32,000 nt of DNA, from positions 51,229 through 83,228 of the forward strand of contig JBMSAQ010000002.1 in the NCBI GenBank assembly GCA_049414405.1, given 5' to 3'. Both the position numbers and the translations under genes were made by a program. The number at the start of each line of letters is the position of its first letter. The stretch's first letter is position 1. The notes below the pieces were generated by a model. That model was not told the origin of the DNA, searched no databases, and worked only from the letters and a program-made list of their open reading frames with translations. Shown here one piece after another: positions 9,202 through 18,513 of this stretch. Origin of the DNA: Candidatus Nanopusillus sp. (lineage in GTDB: Archaea; Nanobdellota; Nanobdellia; Nanobdellales; Nanobdellaceae).

Positions 9202-10055
9202 TTGCAATCACTCATTGGGATATAGATGGAATAGCGTGTCTATCAATATTATATAAAAAATTTGGTGATAAATTTAAAGTTTATTTTTCAAGTCCAAGAT
9301 TAATAAATAATACATTAATAAAGGTAATAGAAAACAATGATAAAGAAGAAGAATTATATATTACGGATATTGCAACAAATCAGGAAGCTATATATTTAGC
9401 TTCATATTTTAGAAAAGTTTATTGGATAGATCATCATGAAAAAAATTTTAATGAGCTTACATCCAGGGTGCATGTTTATATAAAAAATTATAAATCTGCT
9501 GCCAGGGTTTTGTCAGAATACCTAAACGTTGAATTTAAATATTTGGATATTATTGATGATATAGATTTTGGAGAAATAAAGAATAACATAGAGAGGGATT
9601 TTGTAGATTATGTAGTATCAATAAGATATTTTTATCCAAAATCATATGATTTATATTTTATATCTATAGCAAAAAATTTATTAAACAAGGATATTAAGGA
9701 AATAATCGATCATGGTATCATAAAAAGATTTAGAAAAGAATTAAATGAAATATATAGAAATTTGGATAAAAATATAACAGTAATAGATAAAAAATATAAA
9801 ATTTATATAATAAAATTGGATAAAAATATACCATCAAACTATATTTTAGAATATATAAAAGAAAAAATAAGAGATAATCCAGATTTTATAATAACATTAT
9901 ATGAGAAATCTAAAAGAGGGGAAATAAGGACATTAAATAATAAAGAAGTAGATGAAATAGCAAAATTGCTTAATGGTGGTGGTCATAAGTATGCTGCAGG
10001 ATTTACATTTAATAATGAAAGGGAAGTTTATGAAAAAATATTAAATAATATTTAA
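9198..10055 (+). CDS. DHH/DHHA1 phosphoesterase (RecJ-like; candidate Hef-associated nuclease)
   Basis: 285 aa with a GTG start that overlaps the hef stop (GTGA). Motifs are THWDIDGIA (DHH motif I), WIDHHE (motif III) and GGGHKYAAGF (DHHA1). Motif I lies 5 residues from the start, which supports the GTG call. Confidence 0.75.
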   Translation: MIAITHWDIDGIACLSILYKKFGDKFKVYFSSPRLINNTLIKVIENNDKEEELYITDIATNQEAIYLASYFRKVYWIDHHEKNFNELTSRVHVYIKNYKSAARVLSEYLNVEFKYLDIIDDIDFGEIKNNIERDFVDYVVSIRYFYPKSYDLYFISIAKNLLNKDIKEIIDHGIIKRFRKELNEIYRNLDKNITVIDKKYKIYIIKLDKNIPSNYILEYIKEKIRDNPDFIITLYEKSKRGEIRTLNNKEVDEIAKLLNGGGHKYAAGFTFNNEREVYEKILNNI

Positions 10056-10079
10056 ATTTTTTACTATTAATTTATATTC

Positions 10080-11207
10080 ATGGTTACAGCACTTTTAGTC
10101 ACAAATATAACATATGCCGACTATTTAGTAGCTAGTGTAGTAGGACATATATATAAATTGCCAGTATATACAGTATATCAAGATCCTGTAAATATTAGTA
10201 ATACAGTACAAATGTTAATAAGTGATAATGTAACAAATGTAATAATAATAGGAGGACCTGCAGTAATATCAAATTTATTATTACAAAATTTAAATCAATC
10301 AAATATAAGTTATTTATGGATATGGGGAACGAGAAGATATGACACCTCTGCATACGTAGCATTATATTTCTGGAATAGTTCTAATAGTGCAGTATTAATT
10401 ACTAGAGACTTGGTTAATGAACATGTAAGTCCTGATAAATTGCCTTTAGTTACTAATGCCGTTCAATATGCTAAAGAAAATGATGTGCCGATATTAATCG
10501 TACCAAATGGTGTATTATCCGAAAGTACATTATATGCATTGAAAAAATTAAATGTAACTAAAGTAGTTATCTTTACTGGAGCAAGTCCTTCTTTAGGAAA
10601 TATAACGGATCAATTAAATTCTTTAAACATATCTTATGAAGTATATAGTACTAATAGACCACCATTACATTGTGTAGGTTATATATATGTAAATATAACA
10701 CCAAATACTTCTTGGCATGAGATTAGAGAAATATTCATCGGAAAGGTTAGAGATATTTGCATATTACCAATTGTCGTAAATAATAATATAAACATAACAC
10801 AAGAAAGAGAAAAATTAAAACAAGAAATTGAAAATGAATACAAAATGTATAGAAAGAATGTATTAAATTTAACTGAAATTGTAGAAAAACGTATTAATAG
10901 ATTATTAGAACGTCAGATTTTATTATTAGACAAATTTGAACTATTATGTAATTATACAAATAATCGTTTGCCAGTATGTAATATACTACCACAGTTGAAT
11001 CAAACATTAACACTAACAATACAAGAAGCTATGAATGGAAATATATCTGCACTAATTAATAATCAAAATAAACTTGAAAACTATAATTGGGAAGTAATAA
11101 GAAATATAGGAGATTATAATGAAAGAGAATTTATTAAAAATAACATGGATTACTTTAAAAGGAAAATGGATTTAATTGAAGATAAGAGACGAAGTCCAAT
11201 TCCATAA
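10080..11207 (+). CDS. CWB2-like (cell-wall-binding repeat 2-like) repeat protein with a coiled-coil C-terminus; putative surface glycoprotein
   Basis: 375 aa. Two units resemble the CWB2 pattern: ALLVTNITYADYLVAS....VIIIGGPAVIS...L......WIWGTRRYDTSAYVA, then AVLITRD.....PILIVPNG...STLYALKKLNVTKVVIFTG. The last ~130 aa are heptad-like and E/K/L-rich. There are many N-x-S/T sequons, but no clear signal peptide at the called start. Confidence 0.5.
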   Translation: MVTALLVTNITYADYLVASVVGHIYKLPVYTVYQDPVNISNTVQMLISDNVTNVIIIGGPAVISNLLLQNLNQSNISYLWIWGTRRYDTSAYVALYFWNSSNSAVLITRDLVNEHVSPDKLPLVTNAVQYAKENDVPILIVPNGVLSESTLYALKKLNVTKVVIFTGASPSLGNITDQLNSLNISYEVYSTNRPPLHCVGYIYVNITPNTSWHEIREIFIGKVRDICILPIVVNNNINITQEREKLKQEIENEYKMYRKNVLNLTEIVEKRINRLLERQILLLDKFELLCNYTNNRLPVCNILPQLNQTLTLTIQEAMNGNISALINNQNKLENYNWEVIRNIGDYNEREFIKNNMDYFKRKMDLIEDKRRSPIP

Positions 11208-11716
11208 TTATTCTTAGTTAATATTTGAAATTTTTCCAAAAAGTATTATTTTAACTTATATATTATCAAAATTTTATAGATTATTATGATAAAATGGTAT
11301 GAAATAAAGGTTTCATAGATTTTTAGATTATGTATGTGTGATATTTAAACCAAATGATATCCAAAATTTTTATTTATCATGGGCAAATTATAAAAATTTT
11401 TAAACATGGTGAAAAATGGGGAGAATATGAATCTGGAGAAGGAGATTATTTAGCAGAAATATCCATAAAAAAACAAAAAATTATATTGTAAGCTATTTAA
11501 ATAGAAGTACATTAAGACAAAAAATATCAATAAAAAAGAAAATTTAGGAAATGTTGAGATTTCTGGTTATGGGACTATTACAAGCTGCAAGATATTATAT
11601 ATTAAATGGTGACATAAATAAAGCAAAGAGCTTTGGATCGGATAGGGCAATTTTGTATTTTTCTAGTAATTATGGTATAGATAATCTTTATAAAGTTTTC
11701 TTTAAAATTTTATAAT

Positions 11717-12091
11717 ATGGGTCCAGAAACACTTACGTTTATATTGGTAATAATTAACTCATTTTTAGCTGGTTTAATCGTAGGGACATTAACCTGTAAA
11801 TTGGTAGATAGAAAGTCAATATTAATATTAGCGCTTGTGCTATTAATATTGTTTGGGTTATTAATATCACCATCATTAATAAATTTAATATTATTATTTA
11901 TCTTTCTCATGATATTACTAATTGGAATAGCTTTATATTTCATATTTGAATTACCAGCATCTGCCGTTATTATATTTATAATTTCAGCAATATTAGTATT
12001 TGCAATACTATATTCTATAATTAATTATCCATCTATATATGCAAGTTCTAATTATTTACTGCCCATAATAATCAAAGGTCCTTTATACTAA
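11717..12091 (+). CDS. Small polytopic membrane protein
   Basis: 124 aa, almost entirely hydrophobic, with about 4 predicted TM segments. It ends 1 nt before the GT2 synthase start. The antisense ORF 11710-11943 is less plausible. Confidence 0.5.
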   Translation: MGPETLTFILVIINSFLAGLIVGTLTCKLVDRKSILILALVLLILFGLLISPSLINLILLFIFLMILLIGIALYFIFELPASAVIIFIISAILVFAILYSIINYPSIYASSNYLLPIIIKGPLY

Positions 12092-12092
12092 T

Positions 12093-13646
12093 ATGGATTT
12101 ATTATTTATTTCTTCTCTTCTATTACTATTAAATATATTAGTAATATCAATATTCGATCTAAGATATTTAATAAACATAGACAGAAAAATAAAAATCCCA
12201 AAATATAAGGATTTAAAAAACAAAGAAAATTTGTTTGTAATATTTCCAGTAAAAAATGAAGAGGAGGATGTTTTAATAAGAAAGATTGAATATTTGAAAA
12301 ACATAAATAATGTATATAAAAATCTGACTATATATTTTATATTTTTAGATGATACAGAATTAAATAAAGAAAAAAAATTAGTAGAATATTTAGAAAAAAA
12401 TTATTCAAAGAAATATTATGATGAAAAATATTTAATGTATGATTTAGATAAAATAAAATATTTTTTTAGATTAAATGGTATAAAAAGAAAAGGGGCCGCC
12501 TTAGATGATCTAATAGATTATTTAGAAAGAAAATATAATATAAAGTATTTTTCTGTTTATGATTTAGAATGGACTGTTACAATTGAATATCTATATAAGG
12601 CAGTATGTATTCTAGAATCGAATAAGGATTTATCTTTTGTATATTGGAATAGAAGAACTGTTCCTGTAGATTATTTTCATAAAATCGTTGGAATTTATGT
12701 AGATACCTTTTTTGAATTTTATTTACCAATGAAAAATATTTTAGATGATGTATCAATGGTTCATGGCTCTTGCGGGGTTTTAAGATTGAAAGATTATAAA
12801 AAGGCTGGAAAATTTACACCACATTTAACTGAAGATGCTTCATTAACAATTAGATTATATTTAAATGGTTTTAGGGGGATATATATAAGGGATTGGGTTG
12901 AATATGGACAGAATTTACCTCCAAATTTTAATATGACATTAAAAACAATAAGGAGATGGCAAATGGGTACATTTGATGTAATTATTTCGAATTTCTGGAA
13001 AATATTATTTAATAAGAATCTAAAATTTAAACAAAAGATAAGTTTTATCCATATGTTTACAGCATTATTTTTACCATTAATTTCTCTTGTATTAATATTA
13101 ATTAGTATAATTATTATTCTATTCAATTTATCATCCCCTTTATGGTATTATATAGCACCATTCTTTTATTTCTCACAAATTTATGTAATATCAATATTTA
13201 TAACAGAATACTATATAGTTGAAAAAAGAATATACAATAAGGCAAGTATTCTAAACTCTTTTTTAACATTATTAATTGGTTGGGGCATTTCTGCACTAAC
13301 AATATCTTATTATTTAAGAAGACTGTTGATTGGTTTAGATAACAAATGGATAGTTACTATTAAAACAATAAGAAAGTATAATTTTGATTATTATTCAATA
13401 GCAGTATATGCAATATTTTTATTAATAAATACATATTTCCTTTATTATGCATATTCATCTTGGTTACAACATATAAATTCTCATAATATTTTACCATTTT
13501 TGATGGGTATAACATTTGGATATCTTTCCATTTATATTTGGATTATTTCAATATTATTTATATTATATTTACAATATAGAAGTTATAAAATGAGCAAAAA
13601 GAATGCAAAAAATCTATTATATTTGGGAATATTAGAGAAAAAATAA
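12093..13646 (+). CDS. Membrane-embedded processive family-2 glycosyltransferase (cellulose/chitin/hyaluronan-synthase-like)
   Basis: 517 aa. It has an N-terminal TM, then a GT-A domain (FVIFPVKNEEE, FLDDTE, KRKGAALDD), a TED motif (HLTEDASLTIRL), a QxxRW-type motif in the form TIRRWQMG, and a C-terminal block of multiple TM helices. Confidence 0.75.
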   Translation: MDLLFISSLLLLLNILVISIFDLRYLINIDRKIKIPKYKDLKNKENLFVIFPVKNEEEDVLIRKIEYLKNINNVYKNLTIYFIFLDDTELNKEKKLVEYLEKNYSKKYYDEKYLMYDLDKIKYFFRLNGIKRKGAALDDLIDYLERKYNIKYFSVYDLEWTVTIEYLYKAVCILESNKDLSFVYWNRRTVPVDYFHKIVGIYVDTFFEFYLPMKNILDDVSMVHGSCGVLRLKDYKKAGKFTPHLTEDASLTIRLYLNGFRGIYIRDWVEYGQNLPPNFNMTLKTIRRWQMGTFDVIISNFWKILFNKNLKFKQKISFIHMFTALFLPLISLVLILISIIIILFNLSSPLWYYIAPFFYFSQIYVISIFITEYYIVEKRIYNKASILNSFLTLLIGWGISALTISYYLRRLLIGLDNKWIVTIKTIRKYNFDYYSIAVYAIFLLINTYFLYYAYSSWLQHINSHNILPFLMGITFGYLSIYIWIISILFILYLQYRSYKMSKKNAKNLLYLGILEKK

Positions 13647-13677
13647 AACTTATAAGAAAAAATTAAAAATTACCTAT

Positions 13678-15096
13678 ATGTTAGAAAAGGATATTTTAAT
13701 TATAAATCAGAAAAGTAACATTTCTATAGCAACATTATGGGCAAAAAAAGATTTTATATTTGATTTATTACGTAAAGAAATTAAAAAAATGATAAATATT
13801 ATTGGAACATTATATACAATTAATGGAATAAAATATTTAATTCAAACATTGGGTGAAAATCCACAAATAAATAAAATAATTCTATATGGGCCAGATTTGA
13901 CCCAATCCGGCCAAGCCTTAATAGATATATTTAATAATAAAGATGAAGAAACATTAAAGAAATATAATATAAATTTAGATTATGACAAAATAAAAGAAAT
14001 TTTAGATACTACAAATGTAATAGATATGAGAAAAGATTTTTGGAATAAAAATATAAGTAAACTAGAAGAAATAATTTTGAATAATTATAAACCGAACAAC
14101 ATATTTAGAAGAAAAATAAATATTGAAACAAAAGAAGATGTAAAGAGAGATCATGGTTATATTATCCCATTGCCTCCGGCATTTATATATGAAGAATCCC
14201 TATTTAATGCATGGATAAAAATATTAACAGAAATTAAAATGTTTGGACTTTTAAAAGGTTCTGAATATAATGAAAAACAACTGGAAAGATTAAATATAAT
14301 TGTTAGTTTAGGATTATATGGAAGAAAGTATGAATTAGAAAGGGAATTTGATGAATTTATTAAATTAGAAGAATTTGAAAAACATTTAAGTGGATATTTC
14401 ATTGATAAAAAACCAGAAGGTGTTGATTATACATATGGAGAAAGATTTCTAAATTATAATAATTTGAATCAGTTACAATATATGATAAATAAATTATCAA
14501 AAAACCCAGAAACTAGAAGAGCAATTATGATTACATGGAATCCAAATATAGATATGTATTCAAATGATCCGCCCTGTGTTATATCTATAGAAGGTATAAT
14601 TCAAGGAAAGTATCTAAATCTTACAGAATATATAAGAAGCAACGATATGTTCAGAGGATGGCCATTAAATATGTATGCATTAATTAGAATTGGAGAATAT
14701 ATTATTAACGAAATAAATAAAAGAACAAATAGAGGATACGAATTAGGAATTGTTACAACAATTTCAGCATCTGCACATGTATATGAACATGATTTTCCAT
14801 ATATGAAAAAAGTATTAGAAAAATATGGATATAAAATAAAATCCTTTGTACCAGATCCAAAAGGTAATTTTATAATATATAATGAAGATAATAAAACATT
14901 TGTAGAACATAGAAGTTATGATAATACAATTTTAGATTTTAAATTTGGATCAGAAAACATTAATGAAATATATGATAAGTTAAGAGGATTACCATTTTTC
15001 ACATTATATGATCATTCAATATATGTTGGAAGAGAGATGTATAAAGCAGATGAATTTAGAAGATCTGGCAAAAAATATATACAAGATCGGGTATAA
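13678..15096 (+). CDS. thyA: Thymidylate synthase ThyA with an N-terminal MtrA/DUF4346-like domain
   Basis: 472 aa. The C-terminal ~300 aa carry ThyA motifs RRAIMITWNPNID...PPCVISIE and IRSNDMFRGWPLNMYAL. The N-terminal ~165 aa read IATLWA....IIGTLYTINGIKYLIQTLGENPQINKIILYGPDLTQSGQALIDIF. This mirrors the MtrA/DUF4346 pattern CTLGS...G..kTENlGIEk...N...NPNIRfLiLCG.E..GH..GQal.aL. Confidence 0.8.
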   Translation: MLEKDILIINQKSNISIATLWAKKDFIFDLLRKEIKKMINIIGTLYTINGIKYLIQTLGENPQINKIILYGPDLTQSGQALIDIFNNKDEETLKKYNINLDYDKIKEILDTTNVIDMRKDFWNKNISKLEEIILNNYKPNNIFRRKINIETKEDVKRDHGYIIPLPPAFIYEESLFNAWIKILTEIKMFGLLKGSEYNEKQLERLNIIVSLGLYGRKYELEREFDEFIKLEEFEKHLSGYFIDKKPEGVDYTYGERFLNYNNLNQLQYMINKLSKNPETRRAIMITWNPNIDMYSNDPPCVISIEGIIQGKYLNLTEYIRSNDMFRGWPLNMYALIRIGEYIINEINKRTNRGYELGIVTTISASAHVYEHDFPYMKKVLEKYGYKIKSFVPDPKGNFIIYNEDNKTFVEHRSYDNTILDFKFGSENINEIYDKLRGLPFFTLYDHSIYVGREMYKADEFRRSGKKYIQDRV

Positions 15097-15336
15097 CTAT
15101 CGAACATCTAACTTCTTTACTCTTTTTAGAGCTCCTCTTAATATAAGTTCTCTTTCAATATTATTTAATAACTCTTCATATGATAAATATTGAATATAAT
15201 ATGATAAATTTGAAGGAATAATCTTTGATTTAATATCTTCATAATATCTTAAAAGTGTATTTGTAGATAATGTGGCCAGTTTTGTCCTTATTTCCTTTAT
15301 TAATTTTTCATTTGTATTTTCAACTTTTGCTTCCAT
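15097..15336 (-). CDS. Hypothetical small helical protein
   Basis: 79-aa ORF, convergent with thyA and abutting its stop. I recognise no motif. The overlapping plus-strand ORF 15008-15193 mostly re-reads the thyA 3' end. Confidence 0.35.
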   Translation of the reverse strand: MEAKVENTNEKLIKEIRTKLATLSTNTLLRYYEDIKSKIIPSNLSYYIQYLSYEELLNNIERELILRGALKRVKKLDVR

Positions 15337-15383
15337 TCTAATAATTATATCTTAATAATTTATATAGTTTCTTAGGCAAAAAA

Positions 15384-16016
15384 TTATAAATAGATTTCTT
15401 CTTGATTATCAAAAATATTATCTATTGATGTTTTTCTTTTATGTTTCTTTAATATATACCCATATAAAAGACCAAACAATGTTCCGCCCAGATGTGCGGA
15501 AAATCCAAAAGGTACAAATGGATAAAATATACCAATTAAGTTAAATATAATCCAAAATATTACTGCATATCTTATATCTACAGGAATTATCATTGGAAAT
15601 ATTATTATTTTCTCTTTTGGATTTAATACTCCCAAAGCACCCAGTATACCAGATATTGCAGCAGAAGCCCCTATTCCAGCAACCAGAGGATCATTATAGT
15701 ATTGAAATAAAAAGAATATATTTCCAACAATACCGGATAATAAAAACAATATTAACAAGTTTTTACTTCCATATGAATATTCAAATAATAGGCCAAGAAA
15801 TAGTAAAGCCATTCCATTAAAAAATAAATGCATTAAGCTACCACTCCCAAAAATAGATGTTATAAACATCCATGGATATTCTATAGCATAGTATGGGTAA
15901 AATGCTATTAAGTTTAATATTTGTGGGTTCATTAATCCTATAAAAGATACTGCAAAAATTACAATTGTCAACCATATCGTTATTGAAAGATCTAACAATT
16001 TATAGACCTTATTCAT
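15384..16016 (-). CDS. Rhomboid family intramembrane serine protease
   Basis: 210 aa with about 6 TM segments. The catalytic signature GASAAISGILGA (GxSx) and the downstream FSAHLGGTLFG (catalytic His) are present. Confidence 0.8.
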   Translation of the reverse strand: MNKVYKLLDLSITIWLTIVIFAVSFIGLMNPQILNLIAFYPYYAIEYPWMFITSIFGSGSLMHLFFNGMALLFLGLLFEYSYGSKNLLILFLLSGIVGNIFFLFQYYNDPLVAGIGASAAISGILGALGVLNPKEKIIIFPMIIPVDIRYAVIFWIIFNLIGIFYPFVPFGFSAHLGGTLFGLLYGYILKKHKRKTSIDNIFDNQEEIYL

Positions 16017-16049
16017 TATTAAAAATATATCGGAATATTTTATATATTA

Positions 16050-18482
16050 ATGAGATTGTCCAAGGATGTAAAACCAATCAAATATTATATAAAATTGGAT
16101 GTAGACATTAATAATTTAGAATATAAAGGAGAAGAAACTATAGAAATAGATATAGTTAAACCTACAAATAAAATATACTTACATTCAAAAGATATAAAAA
16201 TAGAATTGATAAAATTTGATAATAAAAAGGTAAGTTTTAAAAATATAGATAATGAAATAATTGAAATAAATCTATATAATAAATATTATGGAAGAAAGAA
16301 ATTATACATAAAATTTAAGGGAAGGGTAAGGAATGATTTAATTGGATTATACTTAAGTAAAGGAAAAGATAAAATATTAACTACACAATTTGAACCCACA
16401 TATGCAAGATATTTTATTCCATGTTTGGATGAACCAGAATTTAAAGCAGAATTTGAATTGGAGGTAAAGGTAAATAAAGATTATGATGTAATATCAAATA
16501 CAGAAATAGAAAATGAAGAAATAAATGAAGATTATAGAGTTGTAAAATTTAAGAAGACTCCACCAATGTCTACATATTTATTATATTTAGGAATAGGAAA
16601 GTTTGATTATTTGGAAGATAAATATGAAAATAAGAAGATAAGGATCGTTACTGATATTGGTAAAGCTAAGGATGGGGAAAATGCTTTAGATTGGGCAAAA
16701 AAAGTATTAAAATACTATGAAAACTATTCATCAATAGAATATCCATTAGAAAAATTGGATCTAATCGCTATACCAGATTTTGCTGCTGGAGCAATGGAAA
16801 ATTGGGGTGCAATTACATTTAGAGAATCTGCATTATTATATAAAGATGATTATTATTCATATGGACAAAAATTAAGAATATACAACGTCATAGCTCATGA
16901 ATTATGGCATCAATGGTCTGGAAATTTGGTTACTATGAAATGGTGGGATGATCTTTGGTTAAATGAATCTTTTGCAACATACATGGCATACAAAGCTATG
17001 GATGAATTGTTAAATGAAGACAATATTGGATCAAATTACATGTATATTGCTGATACATATGAAGCAAAATTTGAAGATTCAACGATATATACACATCCGA
17101 TAAGTGTCAAAGTAGAAAAGGAAGAAGAAATTGAGAGTATTTTTGATAGTATAAGTTATGGAAAAGGTGGAAATATATTGAGAATGATAGATAATTATTT
17201 GGGACATGATAAATTTAGAGTCGCAATAATAAATTATTTACATAAATATAAATATTCTAATGCTAGTTCTTCTGATCTATTTAAAGAATTTGAGTTAATA
17301 GGGGGAAAATACATAAGAGAAATAATTGAAAAATTTATAAATTCTCCAGGTTATCCAATAATAAATGTACATTATAATAATCTTGTAATACATTTATCTC
17401 AATCGAGATTTTTATATAATAAGAAAGAAAATAAAAAGTGGACAATTCCTTTATTTTTAGATATTGAAGGTGAAAAAGTAAACATACTGTTTAATAAATC
17501 AAAGGGAAAGATTATACTTAAGAGAGATCCAAGATATTTTGTAATTAATAGAGATGCTATAGGTTTCTACGTATCAAATTATGAAAATTTAGAATATGTA
17601 GGAAATGCAATTAAAGAAAAGAAAATATCGCCATTAAGTAGAGCTGTTATTTTACACGACTATTATTTATTAGCATTAATGAATAAAATTAAGTTGAAAA
17701 AATTATTTGAATTAATCGAATATTATAGAAATGAAGATAATTGGTTGGTTTTGTCAATATTGTATACAATATTTTATGAAATATCATTTTACTTTAATAT
17801 AGAAGAAAAAAGAATATTTAGGCAATATAAAGATATATTTATGAATTATTATAACATAGAAATAAAAGATTATAATAGTTTAACATTAAAAAGATTGGCA
17901 TATAAAACACTGGGATTCTTAAATGATTATAATGTGATAAGAGATTCATTTAATAAATTTAAAGAATGGGAAAAATTAAATAACAATGATAGACAGATTA
18001 TATCTGATATAATTGGTTTACATGGAGGAACAAATGAATATATGAGAATGTACAATTTATACTCTAGATCTCAAAATCCTGAAGAAAGGATAATATTATT
18101 AAGAGGATTAACTAACTTTAGGAGAACTAGTATAATTGTAGATTTGTTGGATAAAGCAATAGATAATTATATAAAATTACAGGATTGGAGAATCTTGTTT
18201 ACGAATATATCAAAAAATCCAGAAGTTGTTTATGTATTATATCAATGGTTTAGAGATAATATTGGTGAAATAAAAAAATATGAAAATGTGTATTTGGTTA
18301 TAAGAGATGTTATAAGAAGTTTATTTGAAGCATACACTGGAAGTATTGTAAAAGATATAAAACAGTTTATGATAAAAAACTTACCAAAATATAAAAATGA
18401 TATAATAAAATTCAGCCATTATTCTGAAATATATACAAACTTTGTATTAAAGAATAAAGAAGACATAGAAGAAATATTATGA
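16050..18482 (+). CDS. M1-family zinc aminopeptidase (tricorn-interacting factor F2/F3-like)
   Basis: 810 aa. It has the GAMENWG exopeptidase motif and HELWHQWSGNLVTMKWWDDLWLNESFA (HExxH-x18-E). Confidence 0.9.
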   Translation: MRLSKDVKPIKYYIKLDVDINNLEYKGEETIEIDIVKPTNKIYLHSKDIKIELIKFDNKKVSFKNIDNEIIEINLYNKYYGRKKLYIKFKGRVRNDLIGLYLSKGKDKILTTQFEPTYARYFIPCLDEPEFKAEFELEVKVNKDYDVISNTEIENEEINEDYRVVKFKKTPPMSTYLLYLGIGKFDYLEDKYENKKIRIVTDIGKAKDGENALDWAKKVLKYYENYSSIEYPLEKLDLIAIPDFAAGAMENWGAITFRESALLYKDDYYSYGQKLRIYNVIAHELWHQWSGNLVTMKWWDDLWLNESFATYMAYKAMDELLNEDNIGSNYMYIADTYEAKFEDSTIYTHPISVKVEKEEEIESIFDSISYGKGGNILRMIDNYLGHDKFRVAIINYLHKYKYSNASSSDLFKEFELIGGKYIREIIEKFINSPGYPIINVHYNNLVIHLSQSRFLYNKKENKKWTIPLFLDIEGEKVNILFNKSKGKIILKRDPRYFVINRDAIGFYVSNYENLEYVGNAIKEKKISPLSRAVILHDYYLLALMNKIKLKKLFELIEYYRNEDNWLVLSILYTIFYEISFYFNIEEKRIFRQYKDIFMNYYNIEIKDYNSLTLKRLAYKTLGFLNDYNVIRDSFNKFKEWEKLNNNDRQIISDIIGLHGGTNEYMRMYNLYSRSQNPEERIILLRGLTNFRRTSIIVDLLDKAIDNYIKLQDWRILFTNISKNPEVVYVLYQWFRDNIGEIKKYENVYLVIRDVIRSLFEAYTGSIVKDIKQFMIKNLPKYKNDIIKFSHYSEIYTNFVLKNKEDIEEIL

Positions 18483-18513
18483 ATTTATAAAAATAATAAC
18501 TAACAAAGATCTT

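Noticed and set aside
6778-9215. Minus-strand ORFs 6778-6990, 7419-7607, 7893-8177 and 9000-9215.
   Set aside because: All lie antisense to hef or its upstream neighbour, and hef shows complete helicase, nuclease and HhH motif sets. The antisense translations are Phe/Ile/Leu/Ser low-complexity.
11710-13126. Minus-strand ORFs 11710-11943, 12083-12304 and 12794-13126.
   Set aside because: They are antisense to the membrane protein and the GT2 synthase, which have coherent TM/GT-A features. They show no motifs.
14157-15820. ORFs 14157-14402 (-), 15008-15193 (+) and 15593-15820 (+).
   Set aside because: They overlap thyA or the rhomboid gene on the opposite strand or in another frame. The conserved catalytic motifs lie in the annotated frames.
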